Source of the DNA: Camelus ferus
Taxonomy: Eukaryota
Length of the DNA stretch: 64,000 bases
Direction of reading: 5' to 3'
Assembly (NCBI RefSeq): GCF_009834535.1
Contig: NC_045696.1
Location: 28,336,001 to 28,400,000 of the forward strand
Below are positions 14,365 to 28,015 of the stretch, in pieces. Position 1 is the first letter of the stretch; each line of letters opens with the position of its first letter. Both the position numbers and the translations under genes were made by a program. Under the pieces are notes generated by a model. The model worked only from the letters and a program-made list of their open reading frames with translations. It was not told the origin of the DNA and did no database searches.

Positions 14365-14600
14365 AAGTATGAATTTTGAAGACATACAAATCCATATTCA
14401 AATATTAACCCATCACTTAATTTTGGACTTTATTAATTAGATTAGTTAATATCTTTGATACTCTCATTCTCCCCACCAGCAGAATTCAAGTCATATCAAT
14501 GTTTCTTACAATTTCTTTGTGAGTCGAATAAATCAGCATTTATACCACTTGTGAAACAAAACACAGGGCTGGAACCATGGGAGGTGCTGAAGGAATGGTG
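14365..14600 (+). mobile_element. MIR SINE, diverged
   Basis: Collinear degenerate MIR landmarks ending ACAGGGCTGGAACCATGGGAGGTGCT. Confidence 0.55.
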
Positions 14601-17161
14601 GTTGATTATGGTGATTATGAAGATGACAATAATGAAGACAATAAAACCTGGCATTGAAGATATTCAATAAATACTAGTATGCTTTCTTTAGGAAAAAAAC
14701 GTATCTACATAATGAAAGATTATAAAGTGTTGCATGTCGGAGCCACACCTGGGGTCAACTTCAGAGGTGTGGTGAGTAGATTTTGAATTCAAACAATAAG
14801 ATACTATTATGGGGGAGAAATCACACATTATTGTATGAATTTCACTGAAAATAAATTCTATCTAAATGGTGAGTAGAAGGAGGGAGGGAGGGGAGAAGGA
14901 AGAGAGGGAGAAACTCAGAAACTGAATAAAGGAGACGTAAATAAAATAGGCAATAATATAAAGAAGGTTTGTTAAATTGATTTAATTAATTCCCTTAGAC
15001 AACTTTTTACTTTTGACTAAGCATCTTTTTAATGAACCAAAAAACTGTCTTGTGGAATCTCAAAATGTCAGTAATTATTTGAATATGTAGAGGAGAAAAA
15101 CACAGAAAGTTATAGTGATAATTTGGTAGTATATAAACGAGCTCTTTGAAAAGTCTTGGGTTACATTTATTGATTAGCAAAGTACACTTAAATCCCTTCA
15201 CACGAATACACAAGAGGGTCTTCAAAAGAAGATCTTCATTTTCTCTCATCTTCTAAGCTTTATGGCTCTTTGAAGAAATGTTAGCTCTGATACATAAAGT
15301 TATCTTTAAGACAGGTTTGTTGTCCTGTGAGAGTAAGTTCCCCTGAAGGAAACACCACAGATCATATGCCATGATATTAAGAGCTTATCTCCTGAAATTT
15401 GGCAAGAGGATATAAGAAATGTGTGTTCCCCTCTTAAATGAACTAGGAGGTGTTCATTCTAATGCAGAAAATAAGCCAGACTGCATTTTAGACTGTGGAA
15501 ATAAGATAGAGAGCCTTCTTTTTTTCTTCTTTTACTCTTTTTATTTTCTAAGTCACTTTTTAAAGTAGAATTTTTTTGTAGATGCATAGAATTTTTACAT
15601 TATTAAAGCATCTAAAAATCCTGAACTAAAAGGACTTCAGAGGTGGAAGAATTTTTTAACATCTTTTAGCCAAATTTTACATTTTAAATTATAGGGAAAA
15701 GCCATTCTTAAGCTTTATATTTTAGTGATGTGAAAACTGGTTATTTGGCACTGCCCTCTCTTTCTTACACTCACATACACACCCACACACACACCTGTCA
15801 CCTGTCATCTGTACATATCTGATACTACTATATTATATTATTATAAATATTGTACAACTGTATTAATATATACGTGTATATGTGCGCTTGTGTTTGCATT
15901 CTTTTCTTTGCCACGGCACTCCAAGAATAATTCACTAAAATACATTTCTTACTTCTGATAAGCCTATTCAGTAGTAGTTCTGTTATTAAAATAAAAGTTA
16001 ATTATAAAATTATTAACAAGGTATCCGAAAAGTTATGCTTTAACTTTGAATTAATAGAATTTGATTTGGAAGATCTTTTTAAAAAGTTATTGCTTTACTC
16101 TTAAAATACTTTTTGGATTGAAATTGAATACTACAAATTGGGAAAAGCATCCTTAATTAATATGAAAATTACCAAAAGGGAATAAAGTTATCTAAGTTTA
16201 AAAGCTTTAAAAGTAACTTAAATGTTTACAATTTTTCAGAATACATTTTCTTCAGCTAACATTTGAAATACTTCATGAATTTGAAAAATATAAATATTAA
16301 GTCATGCAACCTGTTGGAGTGAGCTTATTTAAGTTTTTGATATCAGAGTTCCTTCTTATAATATGAATATTTTATTGTCCCAATTTAATCAACCTTTTTT
16401 CTTATATTTTTTATATGATGCTACTAATAAAATATAATTTGGATTAATATTATTAATACTATGTGAGGACCCATTTTTTACAAGATATTGTCCTAGAAAT
16501 AGACAAGAATGAAAAAAATACAAGGTTTAGTACATTAAAAGGTGTATGCCTAATGGAGAAAAGAAATACCTAAATGAATAACTTCAACAGAACATTGTAA
16601 GATATAATAATTAAACTCTGAATATTGTTCTATGGGAACTCAGCAACTCTAATTCATTTATTTCCAAAGCATTTTGTTATACATTTTACATCACAAATCT
16701 GAGACCTTTTTGCTTTTCACTATTTCTATAATATTCAATGTTAATTGATTTGAGATAAATAATCTTGTCTTTTGTTGGCTCTTTATGTTAGTGATGAATA
16801 CTGGACTAATGTAAAAATAATTGAAGACTTACAGTAATATATAAGGTATACATTACATACATTTATTCTATTTAGGGAAGTATTTTTATCTATGTGTTGG
16901 CATCAATTTGCTTTAAAATTACACATTTTTACAAAAATGTTGCTATTTTGATAACAATGGAATTCATCTTAAATGAGAACATTGAAACAAATAGTTAGAA
17001 ATCAAAACAATGAAAATAACCTATAAGATAAATCATCATCTTTAAAATCTCTATTAAATAATACCAATGTCAATATCTGACACATGTTTTAATTGTTTGT
17101 TGTTAGTGCATTTTCCGGCACATCTATAAAGTTTTTCCAAACTTTCCTTCAGTTATGTACA

Positions 17162-17672
17162 CATTTATTGCATGTAAATACTCAAAAGTATCATGCTAGG
17201 CATTGGGTCATATGATAATGATTAAAATATAATCTTGTGATCAAGGAATTCACAAGCTAGTAAAAAGACTGTCAACTAACAAGCCACTACAAGACTAACT
17301 GGCACAATATAAAATGTACAGTGGAGGGATTTTGGAAGAGACAAATCAATCCTTGGTGGAGGTCTGCGGGAGATTGAGAACACTTTGTAGGGGGAGGACG
17401 CATTAAAGATGAGTTCTGCAAGATACATGCAAGTTCATAAGGCAAAAGAACACTTTTGGGAAGAGAAGACAGATAAGGCAGAGTAACATGTCCACAGATC
17501 CTGAATAAAGGAAAAGAGGACACTGGAATTAGAATTATGTTAAAATTAAATGAATGTTTAAGAGAAGGTCGTTTAATGACAGCCTCTGAAGCTTATCCTG
17601 AAAACAATGCAGAACCTCTGACAGATTGCAACAAGGAGGTGATAACCAGACTTAAGTTTTAGAAAAGTCTCC
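17162..17672 (-). mobile_element. L2 3' fragment
   Basis: CATTTATTG...ATGCTAGGCATTGGG...TCAAGGAATTCACAAGCTAG...CTTTGTAGGGGGAGG...TTTTAGAAAAG, collinear with L2. Confidence 0.75.
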
Positions 17673-18910
17673 AGCAATACTCACAGTGAGCATTCATGTA
17701 TATCCAGCTGACTATGTTAGTAGCATTTGAATTTTTTTAGAAATACATCTCAGTTGTTGGATGTTTTGGAAAAAAGGAAAAAAAATATTGCCTTGAATTG
17801 TAGTGTTTTCTACACTCTCATAAAATATAAGCTCCCTGAGGATGATGATCATAACTTTTATTTCACATAGAGTATCTTACAAAATAAAATATTAAAGACT
17901 GGGTGTTGAGCTGATTGACAGTCACCCTTGCTGGGGACGTTAGGATGTGTGCCAGATTACATGGAACACAGTTTCAATGTGAAATAGTCTCTCTTTGTGG
18001 ATGCTACTGTTCTTTTCCTTAGCAACCACTGGTTTTACTGATTTCTATTTTATCCTTAAAGAAAAAAAAAAAAACTAAAGAAACATTAATTATAGGCATC
18101 TCGGGAAGATAAGAAGATGAATTGACTTTTCTGCATCCACATACCAGTATCTCAGAGGTAAAATGAAGTATTTTTCCCCTGGTCTCTTTTAAAGGGGATT
18201 ATTTTGTAGAAGTCCAATGCTACCAAGAAATTGGTAGTGTTTATTGCTTGTCTCTAATGGAAATTACATTTTATGGGGAATTGAGATTGATTATCCTTAT
18301 CTTGACAAGTGAAGATTGAGGGCATATACTATGGAATAGTGTACTGTCTCAACAGCAAATGGAAATGTTTAACATCTTAGTTACTAAGTTTTTAAGAACA
18401 GGATTATACAAAAGGTCTATTTGATGCAATGATTTCTAATTTTCAAATCAATGCTATTTAAAATCTATACAATCACTGGTTTGTTTTCCTAGAGGCAACA
18501 AAATATCCCATTTTATTGATTGGAAAAAATCCAATTTGGTCTCAGTATTATTTCTCTATCAAGAATAATAAGAAATATGGGATGTAATTATAGTTATTAT
18601 GAGAAATGTAATCATGTAGTTCTTTAACATCAAATGTAGAAAAATAGTAAGGAATTTATAATATTGGTCTCTGTAAATTATATTTTCAGGGTGTTACCCA
18701 CACCCTGTGTTACTAGATATTAATGATAAAAAGAATGCATTTTCAAATACTATAAAATACTGTCTTAGCAATGTTGTTTCTATGGAATTGAAACTTCAAT
18801 TCCCATTATATTGCAATTTAGTTTATAAAACCACTATGGTTCCCTGTATTATGTTCATTGTATACCACTTAATACCAACCACTTAAAAAAATGGTTAAAA
18901 ATAACCAAGA

Positions 18911-19190
18911 TCCAGTTATAAAATAAATAAGTTCTGGGAAATAATATACAACATAGTAACTATTGCTAGCAATACTGTATTGTATATTTGAAAGTTGCCA
19001 ATAGAGTAGATCTTAAAAGTTCTCAACACAAAAAATATTGTAACTATATGAGATGATGGATGTTAACTAAACTTACTGTGGTAATAATTCCAAGATAAAT
19101 ACATATATCAAATCATTATGTTGCACACACTATGCTAATACAATATTATATGGCAATTATATCTCAATAAAACTGAGTGAAAATCTTTAA
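18911..19190 (+). mobile_element. L1MA9-like 3'UTR fragment
   Basis: AATACTGTATTGTATATTTGAAAGTTGC...GAGTAGATCTTAAAAGTTCTCA...ATTATATCTCAATAAAACTG matches the eutherian L1MA8-10 3' end as recalled. Degenerate TSD AAAATAACCAAGA / AAAAAATCAAGA. Confidence 0.85.
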
Positions 19191-19546
19191 AAAAATCAAG
19201 AACTGAGAATTCTATCTTATTCCCAATTTGGAAGCCAGATTTTAAGAATTTATGAGAGTACATGGATACATATTTAATGATACAACTTCTGAATCTCATT
19301 ATATAGTCTCATTGTTTCACTGTCAAGACAACTAGGGTTTAAATATAATACCAAAGTTTTGCAAATATGAATTGAGATAATTTTGAACAGACAGATCTTA
19401 TGATCTAGAGGCATAGGAAAAGACTGACTTTCATGAAGATATTTTCATACCGTCGCTTGAGTAATTTCTTGCATTCTAAAAAGGGTTTTCAGCTAGACCA
19501 TAAAAACCCTCAGAGGAGGAAATCCTCTTTTACAATCATTTAATGA

Positions 19547-19547
<1 letters not shown>

Positions 19548-19604
<57 letters not shown>
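19548..19604. repeat. Perfect (ATT)19 microsatellite
   Basis: 57 uninterrupted bases of ATT. Confidence 0.98.
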
Positions 19605-21489
19605 TAGTTATCGACTTGCAGTCCATCTGACAACTTATATCTAACATAGTGTATTTTGACATAGGAGAGAGCAGTTAAGCTTGAAGCATGAAACATTGCC
19701 TAAAGAAGATTCCCCTGGTTGGGCACTGTGTACCCAAAATGTAGTAATAGAGAGCTCTGCCACCAAGAGGGGATGAAAACAAGTGTCACAAAGGTAGGTC
19801 AGCAGCGCTGTAGGAACGTGGTAGAGGGACACTGATTACCTGGACTTATTTCATGATCTTTGCCCAAGGCAGGGTTTAACCTCAGGTAGCAGTAAGTATG
19901 TTCTCATCAATGTTTCATGAGAAGTCATCTATAGCATTCAGTTAATTTGCTTCACCTACAAGACTGGTTCCTTAGTTATCATTGTAAATATAATATCTGA
20001 ATATATAACATATAATGTCATAGAGAAAACTGGACCTGTGGGAAATAGTTTGGCTTAATAGCATTTAATCTGAAAGATCAATGTACAAATCTCTTTAAAT
20101 TTAAATTATTGACCATCTTTATGTTATTAAATATTTATACATTGTCTGAAGGGGAAGATTTACTGACTATTTATACGATTCAAGCTTAAGGTAATGGCAT
20201 TATACAGTAGGATATACATTTACTTTTTAAAAAAATATTTTATGTGAAATAGATATGTATTTTTGAAATAGAAGAAACTGTGTTTGTTACTTTTTTACTA
20301 AGCAATGGCAGCTTGAAATTCAATTTATTTATAAGTGTATACTGAATAATATATTAACTAATACAAAATTTTGATATTGAAAAGGAGCAAAAAATGTACG
20401 CTATCTTTCACAGAACTTCAAAGAGAATTTGTCACAATGCTATTTTTTAAATTGTAGTTTACAATTTTAAGTTATAATGTTGATAACATAGTTTTAATAG
20501 ATCAGCAGACTTTAGAGATGTGGGTGTTGCATTTGTATATTGTGACAAGAAACAGCAAAACTAGACTTTGCATACAATAGGTAGACTTGTTTAAAGTTAA
20601 GTTAGTACAGATGTTATTTTAAACTTCACATGTCCACAGAATGAACTCAATAAATATTTGTTGAATCAAAGTATACATAATTTCTAGATGAAAACATTTT
20701 ATCTAGATTTTGCTTCATAGGAACTGCTAATACTAAATGATAATACTATAGCATTAAAATTAGAATTATATAATGTAAAGGCAGTATGTGATTTCACCAT
20801 TATTGTCAGAGTTTATGAGATTAGGCATTTCATCCTTCGTTCCAGTTACCAGCTCAGAGCCTGATTACTCCTTACTTTCATTTATGAATCTGAATAAATG
20901 TAGAACTGACTCCGTAGCTACTGCATATTCGACTTTATCCATCACCACTGCTAATGATTATCTGGCTCTGAGGATTAAGTCTATCCCCTTCACAATGCCC
21001 TTTCCTGTACTTTGTGAATGCATTAGCCCCTTTGACCTTCCCTTACTGATCAGGGGACACAGTTTTAAGTTGCAGATTGGGAGCAATCCTTTATTTCTTT
21101 GATGTTTTCAAAGCAATTGAATAATTTCACGCTGAGTATAAAGTAACTGAGGCAAAGACTATTTCAAGATATGTGAACTAAAAGGTGGGAAATGGATGAT
21201 GGATAATGTTCCTTGTTAATTATGTATCTAGTTCACCCCTACTTACACAACCATTCTGTCCTAAGAAATTTTGTGCACTAAAAGATTCTTGTAATTTTAA
21301 ATAGAATCTCAAATAAGATTTCTAATAAAAAATATGTATGGTACACCATGAATCACAACACATCAAGGATATCAATATAATGACTAATCTTTTTATGTAG
21401 AAAGAGATTTTGAAATTAAACAAGCAAAGGCAACATGTAAAAGGTAGTGTTTGCAGCAAGTAGTGGAGAACAACTGACAGATTTTATAG

Positions 21490-21675
21490 GACAGACATAG
21501 AGATTCCATTTTTCACTTTTTGGGTCACTTGGGTGGGGTATTTAATCTTTAAACTTCAGTGTCTTCTGTACAATGAAGACAATCATGCAAACCTCACAAA
21601 CTGCTATTCATAGTAAATACCGCAATATACACAAAGCACCTGCATGGTGCCTGGCACATAGTAGGTGCTTGTGGA
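21490..21675 (+). mobile_element. MIR SINE
   Basis: Degenerate core and tail AAAGCACCTGCATGGTGCCTGGCACATAGTAGGTGCT. Confidence 0.8.
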
Positions 21676-24329
21676 ATGATTGCTCTCTTGTTTGTTCTTC
21701 TTCAATCTTTACCTGGTGAGTCTAACATTTTTCAGTATTTTAAACCCATCTGTAGGTGTCATTTTGTAATTATTTTCCTTCCTTCACTGGGAGGCCAAGC
21801 ATGTTCATTGAAATTAAAGTGAATATACATCGTCTTATTTTTGAGCATTGATTCCAGAGGACCTGAAAGCAAAGACTGTAACATTTGCCCTAACTGTTGT
21901 AGTGGATTCAAGAACTGCCCTATTTAAGAGGGTTGTGAGATGCTGCAGCTCAAAATCTATGATTCCTTGGTGTCTTTAATTTTTGCATTCTCCTCCAGAT
22001 CTTGGTATTCTGTGAGAATTTTTCCACATGCAGATGCATTTTCTGCTGTGTTTTCTTGAAGGTAAAAATAGAATTCCATTTCCCCTTCCCCAGATCATGG
22101 GAGGTATATTTATTTACCACTGCAATCTCCTTAGAAACTTGATCTAAATTTACTCCATACAGAAACTTTCCCTGAAGAAACAAATCTTACTATACATGCT
22201 TTTTTCTCTGCATTTCATTAGTAATTATGTTAAGATACGAGAATGACACCTCTTCCCTCTGAACTCAAAAATCTGATTTTTGCTAGTTTTGATAAGGGTT
22301 GGAGTGATGTTTCTCTCTTTTACCAGTTAAGAAAAGGTTTACAAAGTAAATTAAGAATCTGTGTGAGATATTTTTGTGGGTGAGGAGGATATGTGAGTAA
22401 TAACAGAAAATATGTTTTAAGTATTTTAAAAAGCTTTAGAATCAGTTTGAATATAATGGTTTGCTAATTAGACACAATATCTGTTCATAAATGTAATTTA
22501 AGCCAATCTGTTGGCAACTCCACTTAGCTGCATAATTTAAAATATTGTAAGTAACTAGAAAAAATAGAGCTGTGTTCTCCGTAAGTATGTTTTATTTAAC
22601 CATTTCATTAACATTGAGAATGTGCATTCAAATTGTTTCCTATTGGTACATTTCAGAGTATTAATTTTTAATTAGTTGGCAATTTTTTGTTTAATTGCAC
22701 ATTGTTTGGTCCTGTAAATCCTTTAATATTTTAAAAAGTATATATTCTATACCTTTAAAAAAAAAAAACCCTGGAAACTAATTTAAGTAGAACACTCATT
22801 TTTCTCTACTGACATCCTCGTTTCTGTCCCAGTGCCATGGTCTCAGCATACAGTCTTAAACATTGCTGACAAACCTATTTGGAGCAAGATTTCCATACAT
22901 TTTTGTAAAATTGCTCCTCATTTGTTGGATAACATAAAAATCGATTTTTTTCCCCTAAATTGCAGACACAATCATCCACTCAATTGTTACAATAGGTTCA
23001 GGTACCTTCAGAACCATTCTTATTTGTTCTATTCCCCCTTACCACCTACATAAAGCCAGAGGGAGCCCCATGTACCTTAGAAAGACCCGCTTTTTTCTAT
23101 GCCTACCAGCACAGCTTGGCTCAGGATATCATGCATTTTATCACAGCTAGCATAGCTGTCTCCCACGCGGTATCTGTGCTTCTGGTCACTTCTCATCTCC
23201 ACATGTCTCCAACTTTTCATCATCAACCAAATTTTCTAATTCTTCTTCTTTAATAAAAGCATTTGTTGGACTGTTGGATAATATCTGCATACAGAATAGT
23301 ATCTAGACTTCTAAGCATACCATGCAAGAAAATTATCTTCTGATTTGCAGCTACTTGCTCTAAGTCCCCCTGTTCCCATAACATCTGTCCGTCATCTCTT
23401 CCAACTGCGTGCTTTAGGTTTTATTCACATTGGCCCCACTATTCACTGGAAAGGACATTGTATTTCATTATATTATGTGTGTACACACATACATAATTCA
23501 TATATATATATTTAAAATATATACAATTTCATGTTCTTGCTTCTTCCTGGATTCTTCTTTAAAGCCTACTTTTCTTAAAATATTCAGCTAAGATTTTAAA
23601 GTGTGCCTCATATTCTGTCAAGTTCTGTTAAAAATTCACAACCCTTCTCACTCAATCTAGGCTATGTAATAATTATTCTGGATTCTCAAAGTACTTTATA
23701 CCTATATTATAACACTTCCAACATATTTATCAATTGATTTATGAATCTCCTTGACTCACCTTAACTCATCTTCTTCACTTTGAGGAGTATCTGGTACAAA
23801 GATAATCAATAAATGTTGAATAAATTAATATAAAAGTGCCCAGCCATTCTACCAAAAACCACTGATACAATTTGAAAAATGGTAATGATTTCATAAGAAA
23901 GACAAAAAAAATCAGTGAGTCATGGATTTTTTTTTTTAAAATTTCCCTTTAGAAATAGCACAGTATGGTACTTAAACTTTAAATTATTAGAATTAAAGTC
24001 AAACGTTCATTAAATAATTACTTAGATTAAAATTAGATGATATCTCTAATAGCCCTAAGCTTTTAAGTTTTGGAGTTTGTAAGAAGATAATTAATTAGAA
24101 ATATCTCATGTACTTCTATGTAATTATTTGTCTTTTTAATATCAAAGTGAGAAAATCATGTTACTTGTTAAAATGTTAAAAATCTATAGCCATTTAGATA
24201 AATCTTTCATAATTCTGTCACCCACATTTAAAAGTTACGATATTTCATTTACTTGTTTTTTCTTTTTTTTAAATTTTGAATTATACTTAATACAATGTCA
24301 GTTGTTTTGACATATTAAGAAATAGTATT

Positions 24330-24680
24330 ATTAAATACACTAAGTGACCAACATCATTAACCATTTTTTTTTTGGACTGACAGCTAGACTGCATTAAATG
24401 TATATGAAAAATGAAAGATTTTTATTCCCAACAGAATATAATTCTGTAATCTAAAGTTTTTAATAATACAAATACAATAGCAATAAACATTTTCCTACAT
24501 ATCTCATTACATCTTTAAAATTTAATCTTTGCAATGGAATTATTGGGTCAAGGAAATTCTTAAAGTTTTTGAGAACACATTATCAAATTAATTTCCAAGT
24601 TTATGCAAATTTACATCTTTCCAGCAATGTTTAGGACCGTACTTTTCTGCACTGAGCACCATGACTTTTAAATTTTTTAC
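24330..24680 (-). mobile_element. Old L1M (L1ME-like) fragment
   Basis: GGAATTATTGGGTCAAGG...TGCAAATTTACATCTTTCCAGCAATGT resembles degenerate minus-strand L1 ORF2 3' region. Confidence 0.55.
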
Positions 24681-25024
24681 TTATTTGGGTATGACATTCT
24701 TTCCGTATATAAATTTTTTTCTCTCTCCTCCCACTCCTATTCCAGTTCTAAATCCTACTCCTAATAATACCATCTGACTTTGATGGACAGCTTTAATAGA
24801 CCGGTCACTGTCCTAAGGACGTGCATATAGTAGCTCATTGTATCACCATAGCAGCTCTTTAAGAATATACTGAAAGAATTATCTATGAGCTTTAGTATTT
24901 TTCTGATGCGTTTATCTTTCATGTGTTTTCTTTATGAGAAAAGTAATTTCTACTCAGATTTTTGCTATTTTACTTTTAAGTACTTTCTTTTTATTTTTAT
25001 ATTTAACAAATTCATTTACTTTAT

Positions 25025-25189
25025 GAGTTTTTATTGTGATGAAAAATCCATCACACAAAATTTACCATCATAATCACTTTAAGTGTATAGTTCAATAGTA
25101 TTAAGTATGAATACTATTTGGTCTTAAAAGGAAGGAAATCCTGTCACATGCTACAACATGGATACATATGTTACAATATGGGGCACATT
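25025..25189 (-). mobile_element. L1MB-like insertion with inverted 5' segment
   Basis: 25028-25108 is the minus-strand L1MB 3' terminus (TTTTATTGTG...AAAATTTACCAT...AAGTGTATAGTTCAATAGTATTAAGTA). 25109-25165 is plus-strand ORF2 end (EYYLVLKRKEILSHATTW). Flanked by AAATTCATTTACTTT (25008) and AAATTTAATTTACTTT (25190). Confidence 0.75.
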
Positions 25190-27009
25190 AAATTTAATTT
25201 ACTTTTAATGATTTAAGCTTTTTCTTATTACCAAGATTTCATTTTTTAATGTTATAATAGAATAAACAGGAACCAGGACCCGATTAATAAAAGTGTATAT
25301 AGCCAATTATTTGATAAAATATCTGAACATTTTTATGAGGAATATTGCACATGACAGTTGATTGAAATATTCTTGGTTAGAAGTTTCAAATTAGAATGTA
25401 TGACATCAACTATAGAATCTATACGTAGATCACAGAAAACCCCAGGAATAGTGAGAACTACCTGATTGTCTCTTGTCAGAGACAGCCCAATATTGGGAGC
25501 CCAGGAAGCCATATTGATTTCAGGCTCTCCAGGATCATTTATCACCTCCTAAATGTCATACCAGCTAAAATTCTGGCTTCCATAAGTCTATTCTTTAATC
25601 ATGAACCAGGGCAATTTTTTTAACCAAGAATTGGTAAGTTTGACTTCAAAGAGGGAGAGCAAAGAGTTCCTCTATATTTAATTTAGCTATGTTAGATTTA
25701 TATTCATGTCTAAATTTTGAAATATTTACAAGGTTGAAAATTGAAACAGTGTATTTTTAAACCTTCTGTTCAAGTAGCTATATTGCTTTCTACAAAGGCC
25801 ATTTCACAAGTACTTTTCTTGAGTAACCTCCTAATCAGACGTTGCTGCACCTCATCTTTCTGTGGTTCATGGGCTCTGACAGCGAAATAACTCACTATAC
25901 TATTTTTCTAGGCTAATGATATTAGTATGTATAGGTCATTTTGGTTTACAAGTCCGAATGAGTTTCAGTTTCCTGATAAATAAGAATCCTTGTAAATAAC
26001 CTAAGACTATGCTCGCTCAAATACGGTTATTTATACTTTGCTAGCCTAAGAAGAAGGACATTGCCATTTTTATGGATTCATTAAACTAGTGGGGGGTTGG
26101 TATATTTTCACATCTTTCCATTGAAATATAGTTTAGATAAAAACTAATCTTACGGAAGCTAAAATTCTCTATACAGCATTGTTTATTCAGACATAAAATT
26201 GGAAGAAGTTACCCCTCGAGGACCATAAGCTACAGACTAATGTTTAATCCAGAAAGCAGAGCAGAACAAAACAAATAATAGGACAAGTAGAAAATGTGCT
26301 ATTTTTTTGAACCTGGGGAAGCTAAGGGTCAGGAATAGGTCTGAAAAGAAGACCAAAAGAAATCCAGTACTATTTCTGAGGATTAATATTCATTTATTGC
26401 ATATTATGACTAAGAAAATAGTAAATTTAAATATCAAGTAATGCATTAAAAATTAAGAAATATTTAGTAATTATGTTAATCTGCAATGAGGAAGAAATAA
26501 ATGACTAGAAGCTAATGTGACAAACCAAATGATTATATAATATATAGAGACTTGGGAGAGGCTAGAATTAAATTCTCCTTTCAAATCTTAATGGTTTTAT
26601 AGATATATTTCATCTACATACTTTTTTTTCGTTCTTTAAAGCTTATTTGAATTAGTTTTACACATGAAAAATTCTAATTTTTATAAGCATTACTGCTTTT
26701 TTTCCCTCACTTTTCCTCAGGGAATTGATTTCATGCATCAACAGTGATGAAGCTAAAATCACAATGTGTTTCTTGTTTTAATTCTTAAAAAATACGTAAA
26801 AGGTACTACTCTTTTAATAATGGGAGTTATTTGCAGTGAAATAGATAATTCAAGACATATACCTCTGAATGTAGAAAGTAAAACTTGGCCCTTATTTAAG
26901 TCATAGTAATTTGGCTAAAAAATTTGAACATGTTAGAACATATTTGTTATGAAAAATATATATATATTCATAAATATATATATATTGAGGCACCAAAAAT
27001 CATAAATCA

Positions 27010-27420
27010 TTTATCAGGACATTTTATGTTACAAATGACACAAAAATAACTCAAACTGAATTTAAACAAGAACATTTACTGAGCAAATCGATTTAAGAGT
27101 CAAGAGAGCTTGCTACCTTAACATCCACACAGTAGCTCAAACCATGTCTACCTTCTTTGGTGGCCTCTATCCTCATATTCCTTCTTACCCAGCTAAGGGC
27201 TCTCAAATGTGTTAGGTAAGTGACTGCAGCAGTTTCATACTCCACAGTCTCCCATTACATCATCTGGCTGGAGAAAAAACCTGGGTCTCTCTGGCTGGCT
27301 TAAGTCATCATGGCAGGTTCTTGGAGCTCAGAAGAGAATAATTTTCACCATAATAACTCGGGCAGGACTGGGAGATGGACAAATTTCCTCCACACTAAAA
27401 TATCAGGCTCATGTGGGCGG
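27010..27420 (-). mobile_element. Old MLT1 (ERVL-MaLR) LTR fragment
   Basis: TCAGGACATTTTATGTTACAAATGACACAAAAATAACTCAAACTGAATTTAAACAAG matches the minus-strand terminus of old MLT1 subfamilies as recalled. Confidence 0.65.
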
Positions 27421-27840
27421 GAGAAAAGGCAAAGAGAGAGCAAGGAACACTTGTCCATAGCAAACATATTACTAATATTAGTAGGACTATAGATTTGAAC
27501 AAGTCCAAGTTACGTGATGCAATCAAAATGCAACTATAATTTGGCCTCCCACAGCTCCTAGGTTGGGGAAACATTTTTCTTCTGCCAGTAAATGACAACT
27601 CTGGCAAGCCTCATAATTTTTTTTTCTTTCTTAGGTAATAAAGAATCCTAGGATTTTTTTATTCACAAAATGAAGCCTTGGTTCCAAAAGTAGAATGGCA
27701 GGACCAATATATTGAACACTTCAGTATTTATTCAAGAGTCTTTCCCAATATCCTCTTTTCATCTAGGTATTAGTTGCTGGCGGGCTGCCTGACTCTTGGA
27801 GAGGTGGTTGGCTTCCCTTATCCCATACCCACGCATTCAC

Positions 27841-27875
27841 CTGGAGCAGTGACTGATCTCTCCAGGTTGAAATAC
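27841..27875 (-). CDS. Candidate 35-nt exon, frame-compatible with the 38409-38526 exon (adds YFNLERSVTAP)
   Basis: Minus strand CCCTTTCTTCTTTCCAG|GTATTTCAACCTGGAGAGATCAGTCACTGCTCCAG|GTGAAT. The frame continuing from the upstream exon (CG+G) is open. Short enough to be chance. Confidence 0.25.
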
Positions 27876-28015
27876 CTGGAAAGAAGAAAGGGAATGTTCT
27901 TACCAAATCGAAACTGTCCTAAGATGGCTTTGGCTCTCTGGAAATGGTCGATGTTCGAAGCCCACTTTGTGATCTTTAGTGATGTCATGAAGTCTTCAAA
28001 AGTCTCTGGCTGAAT

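Noticed and set aside
18784..18803. Small hairpin GGAATTGAA-ac-TTCAATTCC
   Set aside because: Short AT-rich palindromes of this size are expected by chance in 64 kb.
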